Shown here: positions 12,940-26,346 of the stretch, piece after piece
Layout of the letters: the number at the start of each line of letters is the position of its first letter
Position numbering within the stretch: the stretch's first letter is position 1
Assembly: GCF_009914755.1 (NCBI RefSeq)
Contig: NC_060930.1
Source of the DNA: the human T2T-CHM13v2.0 reference genome, Homo sapiens
Length of the DNA: 64,000 nt
Direction: 5' to 3' (one strand)
The notes under the pieces: generated by a model
The model's input: the letters and a program-made list of their open reading frames with translations, nothing else
Told to the model about the DNA's origin: nothing
The model's database searches: none
Program-made: the position numbers and the translations under genes

Positions 12940-14422
12940 GTATGAAATTACATATAGTCATGTTAATTTTCAAATTTCGTTCTGTTAGTATCTTTTTTCT
13001 TTATTTCCTAATATATTTTGGAATATGGGTTATGTAACAACTTATAATATTCTATTATTTTAAATGCATACATTTTCTTTGCAAGGGTTTTGGTCTTGCA
13101 TCAAATGCATCTTCACCTATTCTCTGCTGTATATTTGCATCTGGCTTTTCTTCACTCATTGGCTTAACTGAGTGATTCTAATAAAACTAATGCCTTTTTA
13201 GGCCCTTTGTATTACTAGTATCATTTCCATTTCATTATTTAAATTTTGCTCTTTGAAGATTCATAGGTCCCTTGGTCTTCAGGCTCTGCCAAAAACCAGA
13301 AATAGTCTGCTTATTATACATATAGTTGAGGTCCATTGATTCCTATCAAAAGATATATTGTCCATTAAAATATGCGAAGGACAAGGTAACAAGGTTTGGA
13401 TTCTAGGGCACGCTAGATGGATACGAATCTCCATCTTACCTCTTTCTGTATGTGAAGTTCAGTGATTTATATTTGTTTTGCTTGCCCTCCCAACCCCCCA
13501 CCCCCACTCCCTTTTTGTATTTTAAGGGAACAGGAAAATGGAATGGGACTAAATTCCATTTTAACTTCAGCTTTACCATAAACAATACCAAAAATTCCAG
13601 TAAAGTCTGGTGGATTTGCTCATCAGGCTCTCCTCCACCTCAGTGATACCCTATCTCCTTCTCCACGTGAATATAAACCATCTGCTCCAGCCAGACTCCT
13701 CCCCCTACTGACTCCTGAGAACCATCATGGGCATTCCCATTAGAGCAGCAACTTGTCGTTTTTGTAATCTACTTTTAAAAATTAGAAATCGTTGGCTAAG
13801 CTCTTGTAGGAACTACCAAACAAGTTATCAATAATTGCTACATAATCAGTCTGGCCTCACAGGATCTTCAGAAAGATCCAATGATTTCTCCTTCAACTCA
13901 GTTGTCTTGTGCACTGCCACCATTTGAATGGAAACATTTACCTCCCTGACCATTCTCTCTTCTACTTTCAGAAAGCAAAGTTCTCACAAGTCCGAGAAAC
14001 AAAAAAAAAAGCAATGTTTCCGTAGCATTAGTTCAATACTGAGCCGTAACTCCACTGTCCTTCGTGCACTGTTCAGCTTCTTGTACATTACGCCCTACTC
14101 AGTTCAACATTCCACCTAACAGTCATTATCAAAGCCTATATTTTGTAGCAACAATAAGTGTATCAATTGGTCACAATTTAATTGAGCATCTATAAAAAGT
14201 TTGTGCATACAAGTGAAGGTCAAACTGTTATCTTCCTCTAAAATATAGTCTTGTACCCCATCCCCATCATAATTCTTCCCACCATCAGTGTTAATCAAGG
14301 CTCAGCCTCTCTGCTTTACCTCCTTTATTAATCTCAGCCTGCATTGATTTCCCTTCGCTCCAAAGTGTGTCAGTGAACTTATAGTCAAGGACATTTTATT
14401 AATTATTTTATATCTTTATATC

Positions 14423-14505
14423 TCACCACCTGAAGTATACAGCACTTACAAGTCAGAAAAATTGACTTCACCACCTGAGGTGTAGAGCACTTACAAGTCA
14501 GAGAA
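14423..14505. repeat. Two-copy 45-bp tandem duplication
   Basis: tcaccacctgaagtatacagcacttacaagtcaga (14423) and tcaccacctgaggtgtagagcacttacaagtcaga (14468). Confidence 0.9.
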
Positions 14506-14899
14506 GTTTTGCAACACCTCAGTGAACAGATTTTCAATAGATACTTTTGAATGACTATGAGACTGATTGGGAATGCAATAGGAATTGGCAAAACTAAGTT
14601 CAGTTCAAAATTTTCTAATAATTACTTAGATCATCTACAACAAAATAGGTTTATTTCTCTGGCTGTTGGTTTTCTCATACACTAAAGGAGAGATTTGAGT
14701 CTCTTTCAGCTCTATGATTTGCTGAAGTGATGAATCTCTCTCAAGTAAAGAGAGAATGAGCAAAGTTAAAGATTGGCAGTAGGCAAAGATAATGGAGATA
14801 TCTAAGGGACACACGGTGTTGTCGTGTTCTGCTGGCAATTTCCAACTTTAAACATTAAAAAGAAAGATTCTAGCCCCTACTTATGAGAGAGATCTGTGT

Positions 14900-15085
14900 T
14901 ACGGTGAATACAGAAGATGAGCGCTCAAGTTTAGCTCTTCTACTTTTAGTTGTGTGATCTTAGGTCACTGATTTACCTTTTTGGGCACAAATTTTTAATA
15001 TGCAAATGAGGAATAATAACATCTACCTCCTAGGTTTCTCATCATTATTAAAAGAAGTATTTATGAAATAAGTTTGTAAACATAA
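14900..15085 (+). mobile_element. MIR
   Basis: MIR core 'tgtgtgatcttaggtcactgatttacc...caaatgaggaataataacatctacctcctagg'. Confidence 0.7.
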
Positions 15086-15691
15086 TATAGTATCACAAGC
15101 AGTAATACCAGTACTTTTTAAATAAGTGACATATAAATGCTGTGTATAATTACTCATTTTTTGATCAACATTTATTTAACCAGCTTTATTTCTTTTTTCC
15201 TTAGCCTGTATAGACTAGTTATATTTCGGATGACATTTAAAGGCTTGGAATCATTTATTTCCTGGGCCACACTTATCAGCAAAAAGATAAATTCACCTTG
15301 TCTATGTTTGAAAGTACATTTTTTCTTGCATTTATTTATTTCTTTGTACTTCATTGGGTACAAAATGTTTGTGATTATCATCTAAATGTGTCAATAAATC
15401 TGTTTAATCTTCCACATGGAAAGTAAGGATTGAACCATTACTACTTCTGGGTTATAGTTAAAAAATTGTCTGAGTGGAATTAAGTGCTATTTTAACCTAT
15501 GGTGTATGTTGTACATTTATATAGCATTTGGGTTTTAATTGAATTGACTTTTAGTCATTCTCTGTGGAGTGTCTCTAGAAATATCTGGTGCATCTAGGCA
15601 CTATTAAATAACATTTGTTCTCATATTGCCAGTTTTTCTATAACAATTTCTGGTGAATTTAGATGAATATTTTTACTTATCTGTCCTTTAG

Positions 15692-15724
15692 CATCGAGGG
15701 AATATTTATAGATATCCTCACAGG
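15692..15724 (+). pseudogene. Pseudo-exon, module 2 pre-catalytic strand
   Basis: ctgtcctttag|IEGIFIDILT-GG|gtaagg; strong splice sites. Confidence 0.6.
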
Positions 15725-15821
15725 GTAAGGTCTATTTAGCTAACAATGTGCTGTAAAATACTTTTAGCATTGATATGATTTCTCACATCTAAGTGTAAAT
15801 AACTATGTTCTTTCTGTGCAT

Positions 15822-15902
15822 GAATACATGTAACTCACACTTGAAAGAGGATGACATTGATGCTGAGTATCACAAAGAGGAATGCCTTATCATCTCCAAT
15901 GG
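15822..15902 (+). pseudogene. Pseudo-exon, module 2 catalytic motif (acceptor reads CAT rather than CAG)
   Basis: ttctttctgtgcat|(G)NTCNSHLKEDDIDAEYHKEECLIISN-GG|gtatgt. G(S>N)-x9-DID. Confidence 0.6.
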
Positions 15903-16467
15903 GTATGTTTGGTCAAATGTGGAAGATGTTTTATGGGAACTAACCATCTGTATTAGAAACTTGAAAGTTAACAGACAAGCATTTCCAAATCACAGCCAGC
16001 AAGTGTGATTTCCTTGCTGATACTGAAATAAAACACAGAGAGTTGGCTAGAAGAGTTAGTAAATAGTAAAAGACAAGACACAAGTCTGTTGGTACACAAC
16101 CCCGATCTCTGAGGGGTGGAGGGGAAAAGCAGCTTCCTGCACAGGAAAAGAAGCTCTAAATAGAACAAGATGCTTCCTCGCACAGAACTTTGACATTTAT
16201 CGAATGTAAGGAAATAGATTGAAAGTATCAGTTGTTTTGAACATTAAAGGACAGAAAGCTCAAAAAGCTTAAACTTCTTGCTTTTATCCCATTCTTTTTC
16301 CCCATCTGATGTTGAGAACATTCTTTACTAAAGACATAAATAAAATCAAATTACTGTTCAATTCCTTCATGCTCACCAAAAAGTCTGGAGGACATTTATA
16401 CCAACTAAAGGAAAATCTACAATCAGTTGAAATGCAGCAAACACTGATGTATGATTTTTAGTTGATC

Positions 16468-16625
16468 TTCATTCTTCATTCAACATTTATTAGGAGACCA
16501 GTGTACACATTCTCAACACTGTGTTTGGTCCTAAGACCAAGTTTAATTAAATATGTCCCTGCCCTCCAGGAACTCATGAACTGACACAGGAGATGAACAC
16601 ATACAATAACAAAACAACAAATACT
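16468..16625 (-). mobile_element. L2 3' end
   Basis: 'ttcattcttcattcaacatttatt...tccctgccctccaggaactca'. Confidence 0.7.
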
Positions 16626-16635
16626 GTACAATGAG

Positions 16636-16966
16636 TTACACAGTAAAGGTTTACACAAAGCTATCTCTATATGTGCATACCTATATGTATTTTGATGACT
16701 GATTATATCCATACGTAATGTGATGAATGGGGCAAGTAAAGAGAGAATGAGTAAAGTTAAAGATTGGCAGTAGGCAAAGATAATCAAAATATCTAAGGGA
16801 CATATGGTGTTGTCATGTTCTGCTGGCAATTTCCAATTTAAAACATTAGAATAAAGATTCCCCTACTTATGAGAGAGAGCTGTGATATATATGTATATAT
16901 CAGTCATCAAGATAAATATAGGTACACACATATACACAGAACTTCGTGTAAACCTTTACTGTGTAA
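16636..16966. repeat. ~80-bp inverted repeat enclosing a ~165-bp copy of 14727-14898
   Basis: Arms 16636-16714 and 16885-16966 are reverse complements. Spacer 16720-16884 matches 14727-14898. Confidence 0.9.
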
Positions 16967-16970
16967 TTTT

Positions 16971-17242
16971 ATATATATACACACACATATGTATATATAT
17001 GCATATATATACACACACATATGTATATATATGCATATATACACACACACATATGTATATATATGCATATATATACACACACATATATGTATATATGCAT
17101 ATATATACATATGTGTGTGTATATATATGCATACATATACACACACATGTATATATATGCATATATATACATATATGTGTGTGTATATGTATGCATATAT
17201 ATACACACACATATATGTATATGTGAGTGTGTGTGTATATAC

Positions 17243-17310
<68 letters not shown>
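16971..17310. repeat. (TA/CA/TG) compound microsatellite
   Basis: Direct reading. Confidence 0.95.
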
Positions 17311-17315
<5 letters not shown>

Positions 17316-17554
17316 CTTCCCATTTAAAAAGAGCAGTTTGGCTACATTTGGCAATTAGCAATGTTGGCATGAAGCAAGGGCACAGGAAGGCTAATAAAAT
17401 ATTTTCTTGATAGCCTGACGCAATTTAGAATTAGACCTAGAATGAGATAATTCCATGGTCTGAGTGAGGATGAGGGGAAAAATAAGATCTTCATTAAAAC
17501 ATAAAACCAAATATATGATTAAGGTAAAATTCAGTCATTTTATTAATCAGAGAT

Positions 17555-17924
17555 TGTTATGCATGTAATTGTTTTTCCCATTATCCCCCAAATTCATATG
17601 CTATAACCCATAGTATCTCAGAATGTGACTAATTGCAGACAGGGACTTTAAGGAGACAATTAAGGTTAAATGAGGTCGTTAGGGTGGGCCCTGATCCAGT
17701 ATGACTGGTGTCCTTAAAGAGGAGATTAGGACACAGACACACATGGAGGAAGAATGAGGGAGAAGTCAGCCATCTACAAGCCAAGAAAGGAGGCCTCAGG
17801 AGCAATCAACCCTGCTGACACCTTGATCTCAGACTTCTACCCTCCAGAACTGTGAGCAGTAAATTTCAGTTGTTTAAGCCACCCAGTCTATATACTTTTT
17901 TATGGCAGACCTACCATACTAACA
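17555..17924 (+). mobile_element. MLT1B-like MaLR LTR
   Basis: 'ttaaggttaaatgaggtcgttagggtgggccctgatccagtatgactggtgtcc...ctccagaactgtgag...ttgtttaagccacccagtc'. Confidence 0.85.
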
Positions 17925-18082
17925 TAGGAATAATTCATTCAGCTTCTGAATTAAGGGATTTTCTTCTTAGTCCCAGTTTCCTTTCAGATTGTATTTACTT
18001 AGCTAGCAACAGGATTAAAAGAAATACCTAGTCTTAGGGAAAAATGAATTTGACTTCTATATTATCACTGCTTTTGCTGCAG

Positions 18083-18615
18083 GCTAAAACAGGCCATTCT
18101 AACTATTTCCTTCAAGAGTTATTTATGGAACAATGCCTACTTGAAACCATCATACTTTCCACGTGGACACTGTCTTCAATAGTGAGGAAACCTTGTTTGT
18201 CATTGTTAGAGGCTCTGGGAAGGGTCTCAAGGAATATAATGAGTCGAGTCAAGGTTAAAAGGAAGTTGATGGCTTAGGTGTTACTTTACTCAACTCTGCA
18301 ATTAATTTATATATTAGCTCTGAATAGACATTATTTTGTACTCTGGAAAAGTTCTCCTCATGTGTAGCTGGGGCCCCTTCAAAAACAGAAGTGAAGCCCA
18401 GGTTCTGCACATAATCCTTCTTCAAGAGCAGGGAAGTGGCGTAAAGATAATCAATCTCAGACAAGAATATAATCTCAGAAGACCAGCTGCATGTCTTGTG
18501 AGCTCCTCCCCATGGCTGAGTTGCTTTCCTAACAGTCACTTTCAAACCTTTCATATTATTTCCACTGTGAATACAAGTCAGGTTATTGAAGCCTTGTGTT
18601 TGTAGAGTTACTGCT
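18083..18615 (+). pseudogene. Pseudo-exon, module 2 NTase C-terminal half
   Basis: ttttgctgcag| start in phase with 15902. FHVDTVFNS at 18157 (third-Asp strand), then GVTLLNSAINLY. Includes ORF 18336-18605; phase-1 donor gtaaga. Confidence 0.55.
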
Positions 18616-18986
18616 GTAAGACAGGTGTCTTGGGGAACATAGACAACAAATAAGTCTGGGAAGGGCTACCTGGTACTTAAGATGCTCTCATTGTTGTCTG
18701 TCTCTGGTACCTTGGACCAATTTTCCATCTCAGCTGCTGCCATAGTGCTCTGCCCCATGGTGAGCCAGTGATCACCTTCGTGCCACAGCTCAAACTTTTG
18801 TCTCCTACCTGCAGGCTTACCTGCTAGTGCTAATATGTGAGAAACAGCAGGATCATGCAGGCCCTCTGCAAATTAGCCACATGAAAATGGAGAATAATGC
18901 TCTTGAGAAGAACTAATATGAAATGAGTCTGTCAGATAAATTCTTTATCTTCCCCTTAGTGCCCTAAGAATCAGTTGTTTATATGC

Positions 18987-19375
18987 TGTGTTAGTCCATT
19001 TTCACACTGCTATAAAGAATCACCTGAGACTGGGTAATTTATGAAGTAAAGAGGTTTAATTGACTCAATGTTCCACAGGTTTAGCAGGAAGCATGATGGG
19101 AGGCTTCAGGAAACTTACAATCATGGTAGAAGGCAAAGGGGAAGCAAGGACCTGCTTCACATGGTGGCACAGAGAGAGAGAGAGCATGTGAAGAGGGAAG
19201 TGCCACCCACTTTCAAACAACCAAATCTCATGATAACTCACTCACTATCATGAGAACAGCAAGGGTGAAATACACCCCCATGATCCAATCACCTCCCACC
19301 AAGCCCCTCCCCTGACATGTGGGGATTACAACTTGAGATGAGATTTGGGTGGGGACACAGAACCAAACCATATCA
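18987..19375 (-). mobile_element. THE1D/MST-type MaLR solo LTR
   Basis: tgtgttagtcc...ccaaaccatatca with a 5-bp TSD tatgc/tatgc. Confidence 0.9.
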
Positions 19376-19874
19376 TATGCTTCTCAGAAGATGGTCCCAA
19401 GAGATTAATCAACTGATTGGACTTGATTCCATTGAGTGCTTGGCTTCATAATGAAGACTTTGACTGCATTTGTCCTCCTTGCTTCTCTCTTCTTTGTCCT
19501 TATTCCTGTTTTGCCCTTATTCCTGCTACTAGGGCTGTGATTGCAGACTCGTAAAACTTTATTCCAGGCCAAGACAGATGAGAAGAGAAAAGAAGCTCAT
19601 TTTTGAATTTGATGACATTATTTGATCCAAAAATTAGGAAGCAAAGAGTTCATTTAATTACTACTTTCAAATACATATGGAATTTTCTGCTTAATTTTAT
19701 CAAAGTACTAGGAGGATATGATGGCCTTCTGACATGTCCGTATAGTTAGGCCAAACTACCTTTCCGAGACAGAAGTCTTATGTGTTTCTTATGTGTTTCC
19801 AGATAGGATGAGCTACACGGGATAGTGTCTTATGGAAGATGGCAGAGAGACAGCCACCATTTTGCATCAGGAGC

Positions 19875-20255
19875 ACATATTCTCCCGGTTATTCTAACGC
19901 TAATCTAAATGCTGATGTGAAATGATTTTATGAATATAATTAAAATTCCATGGGGTAACTTTAATCAAAAGAGAGATTATTTTAAATGGGCAGGGCTTAA
20001 TCTGTTGGAAGGACTTTTAAAAGAAGGCTTAGACTTTCCCTGACCCGAGAGTCTCTAATAGTGACTGGTGTAAAATTGCTCCCCTTTTTTTTTTCCCAAT
20101 CTCCTTTACTGACTGGCTGCTGCCTGTGGTCAAAAAGCTTCAGCTCATGCCATGGAACTCTAGCCTTTTCACTATCTTTCCTTCCTGGCTGTCTCCCCAG
20201 TGGACTTCAGATTTTCTTAGCCCACCCCACAGCTGTGTAACCAATTCTTTGTTTA
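19875..20255 (+). mobile_element. Old MLT-type LTR fragment
   Basis: 'agagattattttaaatgggcagggcttaatc...agctgtgtaaccaattctt'. Confidence 0.5.
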
Positions 20256-20754
20256 AAAAAGAAAAATTTATATAAATATAAAATTTGAGGGAAATCTATT
20301 TTTTAATTAAATGTAGGCAGTCACCTAATTTACTTATTCCTTGTGCTAGACTTACTATTTATTTACCTTTGGAAATAAAAAAAGTGACTATAAAACAAAC
20401 TACAATATATTCATTTATTTTATTTTTACTAAATTACACCTATTATGTGACAAACGTTATGTAGCACTGTGGAATCAAAAATTGATACCACCTTGTTCTT
20501 GTCCTCTAGGGAACTCACAAACCAGTAGGAAAGGCAGACACATATGCTAGCTTATTTTATATGGTAATATCAGGCACAATCCAAGTAAGTCCATTATATG
20601 CAGGCGGCTTTCCATTCTTTGATTTCAAAGGGTTAGAATACCTAATCAAGCTGTCAAACAAAAGATGATATGAAGGTATATGACAAAAAGTCAAGTGAAA
20701 TTACTATATTGAAACAAGATTCCTTATCATTCACACTATAAAAATGAAAAGTAG

Positions 20755-22657
20755 ATTTTATGTTTAAGTCTTTAATCTATCTTGAGTTAATTTTTTGTAT
20801 AAGGTGTAAGGAAGGGGTCCAGTTTCTGTTTTCTGCATGTGGCTAGCCAGTTTTCCTAGCATCTTTTATTATTATTAAATAGGGAATCCTTTCCCCATTG
20901 CTTGTTTTTGTCAGGTTTGTCAAAGATCAGATTGCTGTAGATGTGTGGTGTTATTTCTGAGGCCTCTGTCCTGTTCCATTGGTCTATATATCTATTTTGG
21001 TACTAGTACCATGCTGTTTTGCTTACTGTAGACTTGTAATATAGTTTGAAGTCAGGTAGCATGATGCTTCCAGCTTTGTTCTTTTTGCTTAGGATTGTCT
21101 TGGCCTTATAGGCTCTTTTTTGGTTCCATATAAAATTTAAAGTAGTTTTCTCTAATTCTGTGAAGAAAGTCAATGGTAGCTTGATGGGAATAGCATTGAA
21201 TCTATAAATTACTGGGCAGTATGGCCATTTTCAAAATAGTGATTCTTCCTATCCATGAGCATGGAATGTTTTCCATTTGTTTGTGTCCTCTCTTATTTCC
21301 TTAAGCAGTGGTTTGTAGTTCTCCTTGAAGAGCATCTTCGTATCCCTTGTAAGTTGTATTCCTAGATATTTTGTTCTCTTTGCAACAATTGTGAATGGGA
21401 GTTCACTCATGAATTGGCTCTTTGCTTGTGTATTATTGGTGTATAGGAATGCTTGTGATTTTTGCACGTTGATTTTGTATCCTGAGACTTTGCTGAAGTT
21501 GCTTATCAGTTTAAGGAGTTTTTGGGCTCCTAAAACCATAAAAACCCTAGAAGAAAACCTAGGCAATACCATTCAGGACATAGCCATGGGCAAAGACTTC
21601 ATGACTAAAACACCAAAGCAATTGCAACAAAAGCCAAAATTGACAAATGGGATCTAATTAAACTAAAGAGCTTCTGCACCGTGAAAGAAACTACCAGCAG
21701 AGTCAACGGGCAACCTACAGAATGGGAGAAAACTTTTGCAATCTATCCATCTGACAAAGGGCTAATATCCAGAATCTACAAGGAATATAACAAATTCACA
21801 AGAAAAAAAATAAAAAAGTGGGCAAAGGGTATGAACAGACACTTCCCAAAGAAGACAATTTTGCGGCAAAGAAACATATGAAAAAAATCTCATCATCACT
21901 GGTCATTAGAGAAATGGAAATCAAAACCACAATGAGATACCATCTCATGCCAGTTAGAATGGCAGTCATTAAAAAGTCAGGAAACAACAGATGCTGGAGA
22001 GGCTGTGGAGAAATAGAAATGCTTTTACACTGTTTCTGTGAGTGTAAATTAGTTCAACCATTGTGGAAGACAGTGTGGCAATTCCTCAAGGATCTAGAAC
22101 CAGAAATACCATTTGACTCAGCAATCCTATTACTGGGTATATACCCAAAGGATTATAAATCATGCTACTATAAAGACACATGCACATGTATGTTTATTGC
22201 AGCACTATTCACAATAGCAAAGACTTGGAACCAAGCCAAATGCCCATCAATGATACACTGGATAAAGAAAATGTGGCACATATACGCCATGGAATACTAT
22301 GCAGCCATAAAAAAGAATGAATTTATGTTCTTTGCAGGGACATGGATGAAGCTGGTAACCATCATTTTCAGCAAACTAACACAGGAACAGAAAACCAAAT
22401 ACTGCATGTTCTCACTCATAAGTGGGAGTTGAACAATGAGAACACATGGACACAGGGAGGGGAACATCACACACCAAAGCATGTTGGGGTGTGGGGGGTA
22501 AATAGAGGGAGACCATTAGGACAAATACCTAATGCATGTGGGGCTTAAAACCTAGATGATGGGTTGGTAGGTGCAGCAAACCACCATAGCACATGTATAC
22601 CTATGTAACAAACCTGCACGTTCTGCACATGCATCCCAGAACTTAAAGGAAAATTTT
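20755..22657 (+). mobile_element. 5'-truncated L1PA with 5' inversion (20755-21528 minus, 21529-22657 plus)
   Basis: ORF2 peptides on both strands ([17 protein letters not shown] on minus; [14 protein letters not shown] on plus). TSD aaaaatgaaaagtag (20740-54) vs aaaaaagaaaagtag (22658-72). Confidence 0.93.
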
Positions 22658-22967
22658 AAAAAAGAAAAGTAGTACTAGAATTGATGTAGAAAGAATCCTT
22701 TCTCAGTCATGCATTAAGTACTATTAATCTAAATATTTATTTGAACTATTTGAAGAATAAGCAGCTGTCCATGTTACTAGGACATACATTCCTAATAAAA
22801 TTTTAGATTTTATATTTAATAATCTATCAAAAATTTAATTTATTTTGATCAATTTTGTAGAAGTAATTACTGTAATATGTCAATCCTGAAGAAATTTATA
22901 ACACTTAGACCATAATGACTGAAAACAAATTTAATTTAAAATATTAATATGCATATGTTTTTAACTA

Positions 22968-23312
<345 letters not shown>

Positions 23313-23331
23313 TTAAATTAATATTAGGTAG

Positions 23332-23792
23332 TGTGATTGCTAATTATATGTATCACCTTGACTAGGCCATGTGTTTCCCCTATAGATATTTAGTCAAAAA
23401 TTTTCCTGAGTGTTTATATGAGGATGTTTTTGGATGAGATTAACATTTAAATTGATAGACTAAATAAAGCAGATTGCTCCCCCTTAACAGAGCTGGTCTC
23501 ATCTAATCAGTTGAAGGCCTGCATAGAACCAAAGGCTGACCCTACTCTTCACCCCCAGTAAGAGAGAAATGTCTCACCTGAGGGCCTGAAGACCTTCAAA
23601 CTGCAACATAGGTCTTCTTGGCTCTACAGCAGCTGGCTGACCTTTGGGTTCAAGCTTGTATATGACATCCGGTCTGTGGATTTTGAATTTACTATCCTCC
23701 ATAATCACATGAGCCAATTCTTTATAATAAATCTCATTGTATATGCATATTTTCTATTAGTTTTCTTTCTCTGGAGACCCTTGACCAATACA
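23332..23792 (+). mobile_element. MLT2 (ERVL) LTR
   Basis: 'ggatgagattaacatttaaattgatagactaaataaagcagattgc...tctggagacccttgaccaataca'. Confidence 0.8.
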
Positions 23793-23973
23793 GGTGATGA
23801 AATGAAATGGAAGTTTAACTCATGGAGAAAAATAGCTATGTATAATTTCTGGCCATGAAAGAGCTTGTTTATTGATTTTTAAAATAAATAATGGTATCTT
23901 TGACTCATTGTGGTGTATGGATTGTATTGAATGGATGCATTTTAAATAGTGGAGTAAAAGTTTTACTCTAAAA

Positions 23974-24175
23974 AAGGGTTTCACAAATGTTTTCTGTAAA
24001 GGACTTGATAGCAAATATTTTAGATTTTGTGGGCAACACAGTCTCTGTAGTAACTACTAAAGTCTGCTGCTATAGCACAAAAGGGACCAGAGACAATATG
24101 CAAATTATTGAATATTGCTGTCTTTCAATAAAACTTTATTTCCAAAAATGTGGTAGGCCTGATTTGGCTGACCAA
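23974..24175. mobile_element. MER58A (hAT-Charlie)
   Basis: 'ttctgtaaagga...aaatattttagattttgtgggc...caataaaactttattt...ggcctgatttggc'. Confidence 0.8.
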
Positions 24176-24319
24176 ATCAGGAAGTCAGCTAGTTTGGTAG
24201 TTGCTGCTCTGTAATATCAATATTTACACAACAGTAAAAGTTACATGTTTTATAAATTCTTAATCATATGATTAAAAATTTTAAGATACCAAAGTGAAAA
24301 TGTTTGAAGAAATACACGG

Positions 24320-25800
24320 TTTATCAGAAGTCTTTAAGGAGGCACATGAGCAAAGAACCTTGCAGACTAGTGCCACTCATGTGAAGACTGGGAAGGAGGA
24401 TAGGAGAACGTAGGCAAGTGAGAAAGCGAGAAGGTACATCCAGGGAAAGGGGCAGCATGAACAAAAACACAGGAAACAGCATGGTGTGCTCCTGCTCTTC
24501 CAATAGCTCGATGTTGTAAGAATACAACACACAACATAGGAAAGAGGAGAAGCTCAGCTGGCAGCCAAAGACCAAATAAAATAGGTTTGTATATTTTCTA
24601 CTCAGGCGTTTGAAATTTATACTGTAGGTAGCCAGAAGTCATTGAAGAATTTTAAGAAACAAAGTAACATTACCTGAGGTTGTGGATATGCAAAATAGGC
24701 TTAGGAAGGCAGGATTAGAAAGAGGAAGATTATTTAGGAGACTATGGCTGAAGTAAATTGAGAACTGGAAGTGATCTGAACTATGGAGGAGGACTAGGAA
24801 TGGTTTCAGATAGATCTAAGAAATATACACTAAGTGATACTGACAGGCCATCGTCATTGGTGGGTCGTTGGGCAGGTAATAGAGGAGGTGGAGGCTTCCA
24901 CTGGTGATATGGAAGAAGGTATTGACAAGGATTTTTCCTTTGGTGTCAGGATGAAATATGTTGTCACCATCCGAAATACAGCCTTTAAGAAAAAGCATGA
25001 ATTGACTGGTAGTGTTGAGGAAGTACACTTTCAGATTGGCATGGTAAAACAGGAATTGGATATAAGGTCTTAAAGTCATTTAAGTGATCTTGAATAGGAA
25101 AATAGATTTTAGAGTGATTTTCCTACAGCTGGTCTTAGAGAATATGAAATTGGGCCAATTTCTCCCAGAGAGAGTACAAAACGAAAAGATCAGCTGTTGA
25201 GGATGAACCCTCCAGGAATATCAACATTTAAAAGGCAGGTGAAGAAAAACCTATTAAGAAGAAGGAGGTGAGGAGCAAAGATAGTAACCGGCTCAAAATA
25301 GTATATCTTTTATTAATGTAAGTTAAATAAAGTTTTCAAAACTAGATATGAATTATCAGGGTCAAATGCAGTAGTTAAGTGAAGAAAGATAGGGTGGAAA
25401 TATCCCTTGTATTTGAATTTCATCAAGTGAAATTTCAAAAAACTAACGAGAGCAAAAGCTAGTTTACATTTGTATCATGGGTGTAAGAATCCAGAACTGC
25501 AAGAAGTTCAGATGAGAAGAGGAAGTAGATAGGAAATTAAAGAAATATTTAGGGTATAAAATCCATGCCTATGAGCTGAAAAGGTAGTCTAAAGATAGAG
25601 AATCAATAAAGAAATTAGGGAGCATTGTCTTGATGAGAAAAAGTGAAGATAGATAAGGCATGAGGTGGAATAGAAGTGATAAGAGATGAATGGGATTGTA
25701 AAGTGGAGGGAGATTAAATCTAAACCTTCAAGGTTCTCATGGAAGAACAAAGGGTCAGTTTACAGAGAATGGCAAGGGACAGAAGCTGACTTAAGGCTTT
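24320..25800 (-). mobile_element. Degenerate L2
   Basis: Purine-rich L2 antisense text ('ttgaaatttatactgtagg...agtcattgaagaattttaag', 'gaatatcaacatttaaaaggcagg'). Confidence 0.6.
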
Positions 25801-26320
25801 AAGGAAAGTGGTGAAAATTGGAAATACACATTGAGGAAAATAGAGTTGGGCCAACCACATGCGGCAGACACTGTTAGTGTTCAGCAAACATCATCTACCT
25901 TGTCCTCTACATCGCCTGAGCATTCATGTATCTAGGTTTATCTAAACTGAAGTGATGTGTCATATTTAATATATGACAGTTTAAAAGGGGTACACTTACT
26001 CCATGCTCTCTTGTTCCTGGCTATAAAACTCTTAAAGGCCATGTGTTCCAGAGTGGAATAGCTATAAGTTGGAAGAGGGTTATCAAGTGTTACCAGAATA
26101 CAACATGAGCAGAAAGTAAGCCTTATTGTTTTAGGTTACTGAGATTTGGGGATTTATTTGTTATGGCGGCATAGGTGAATCCACCATGAATAACAGAAAG
26201 GTTACCGCCAGGATTATAGATAAGAATTTGCAGGACTGGTCTATATGGTTGAGTCATTTTTAACTCTCTGTCTAAGTAAGCTGAAGAAGTGTTGAGATTT
26301 ACTGGTGGGTAGGACAGACG

Positions 26321-26346
26321 CACACACACACACACACACACACACA
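26321..26346. repeat. (CA)n
   Basis: Direct reading. Confidence 0.95.

Noticed and set aside
18336-18605. Resemblance to OAS proteins (EQGSGV here; PRPTIL near 28890; PPLFFTEVV at 58165)
   Set aside because: Isolated short matches, out of order or in frames that do not fit the splice phases. The TENT/ncPAP reading gives ordered, phase-consistent motifs.
21249-22548. 204-aa ORF and neighbours; also ORFs at 5964-7007
   Set aside because: Fragments of L1 ORF1/ORF2, not host genes and not retrotransposition-competent.
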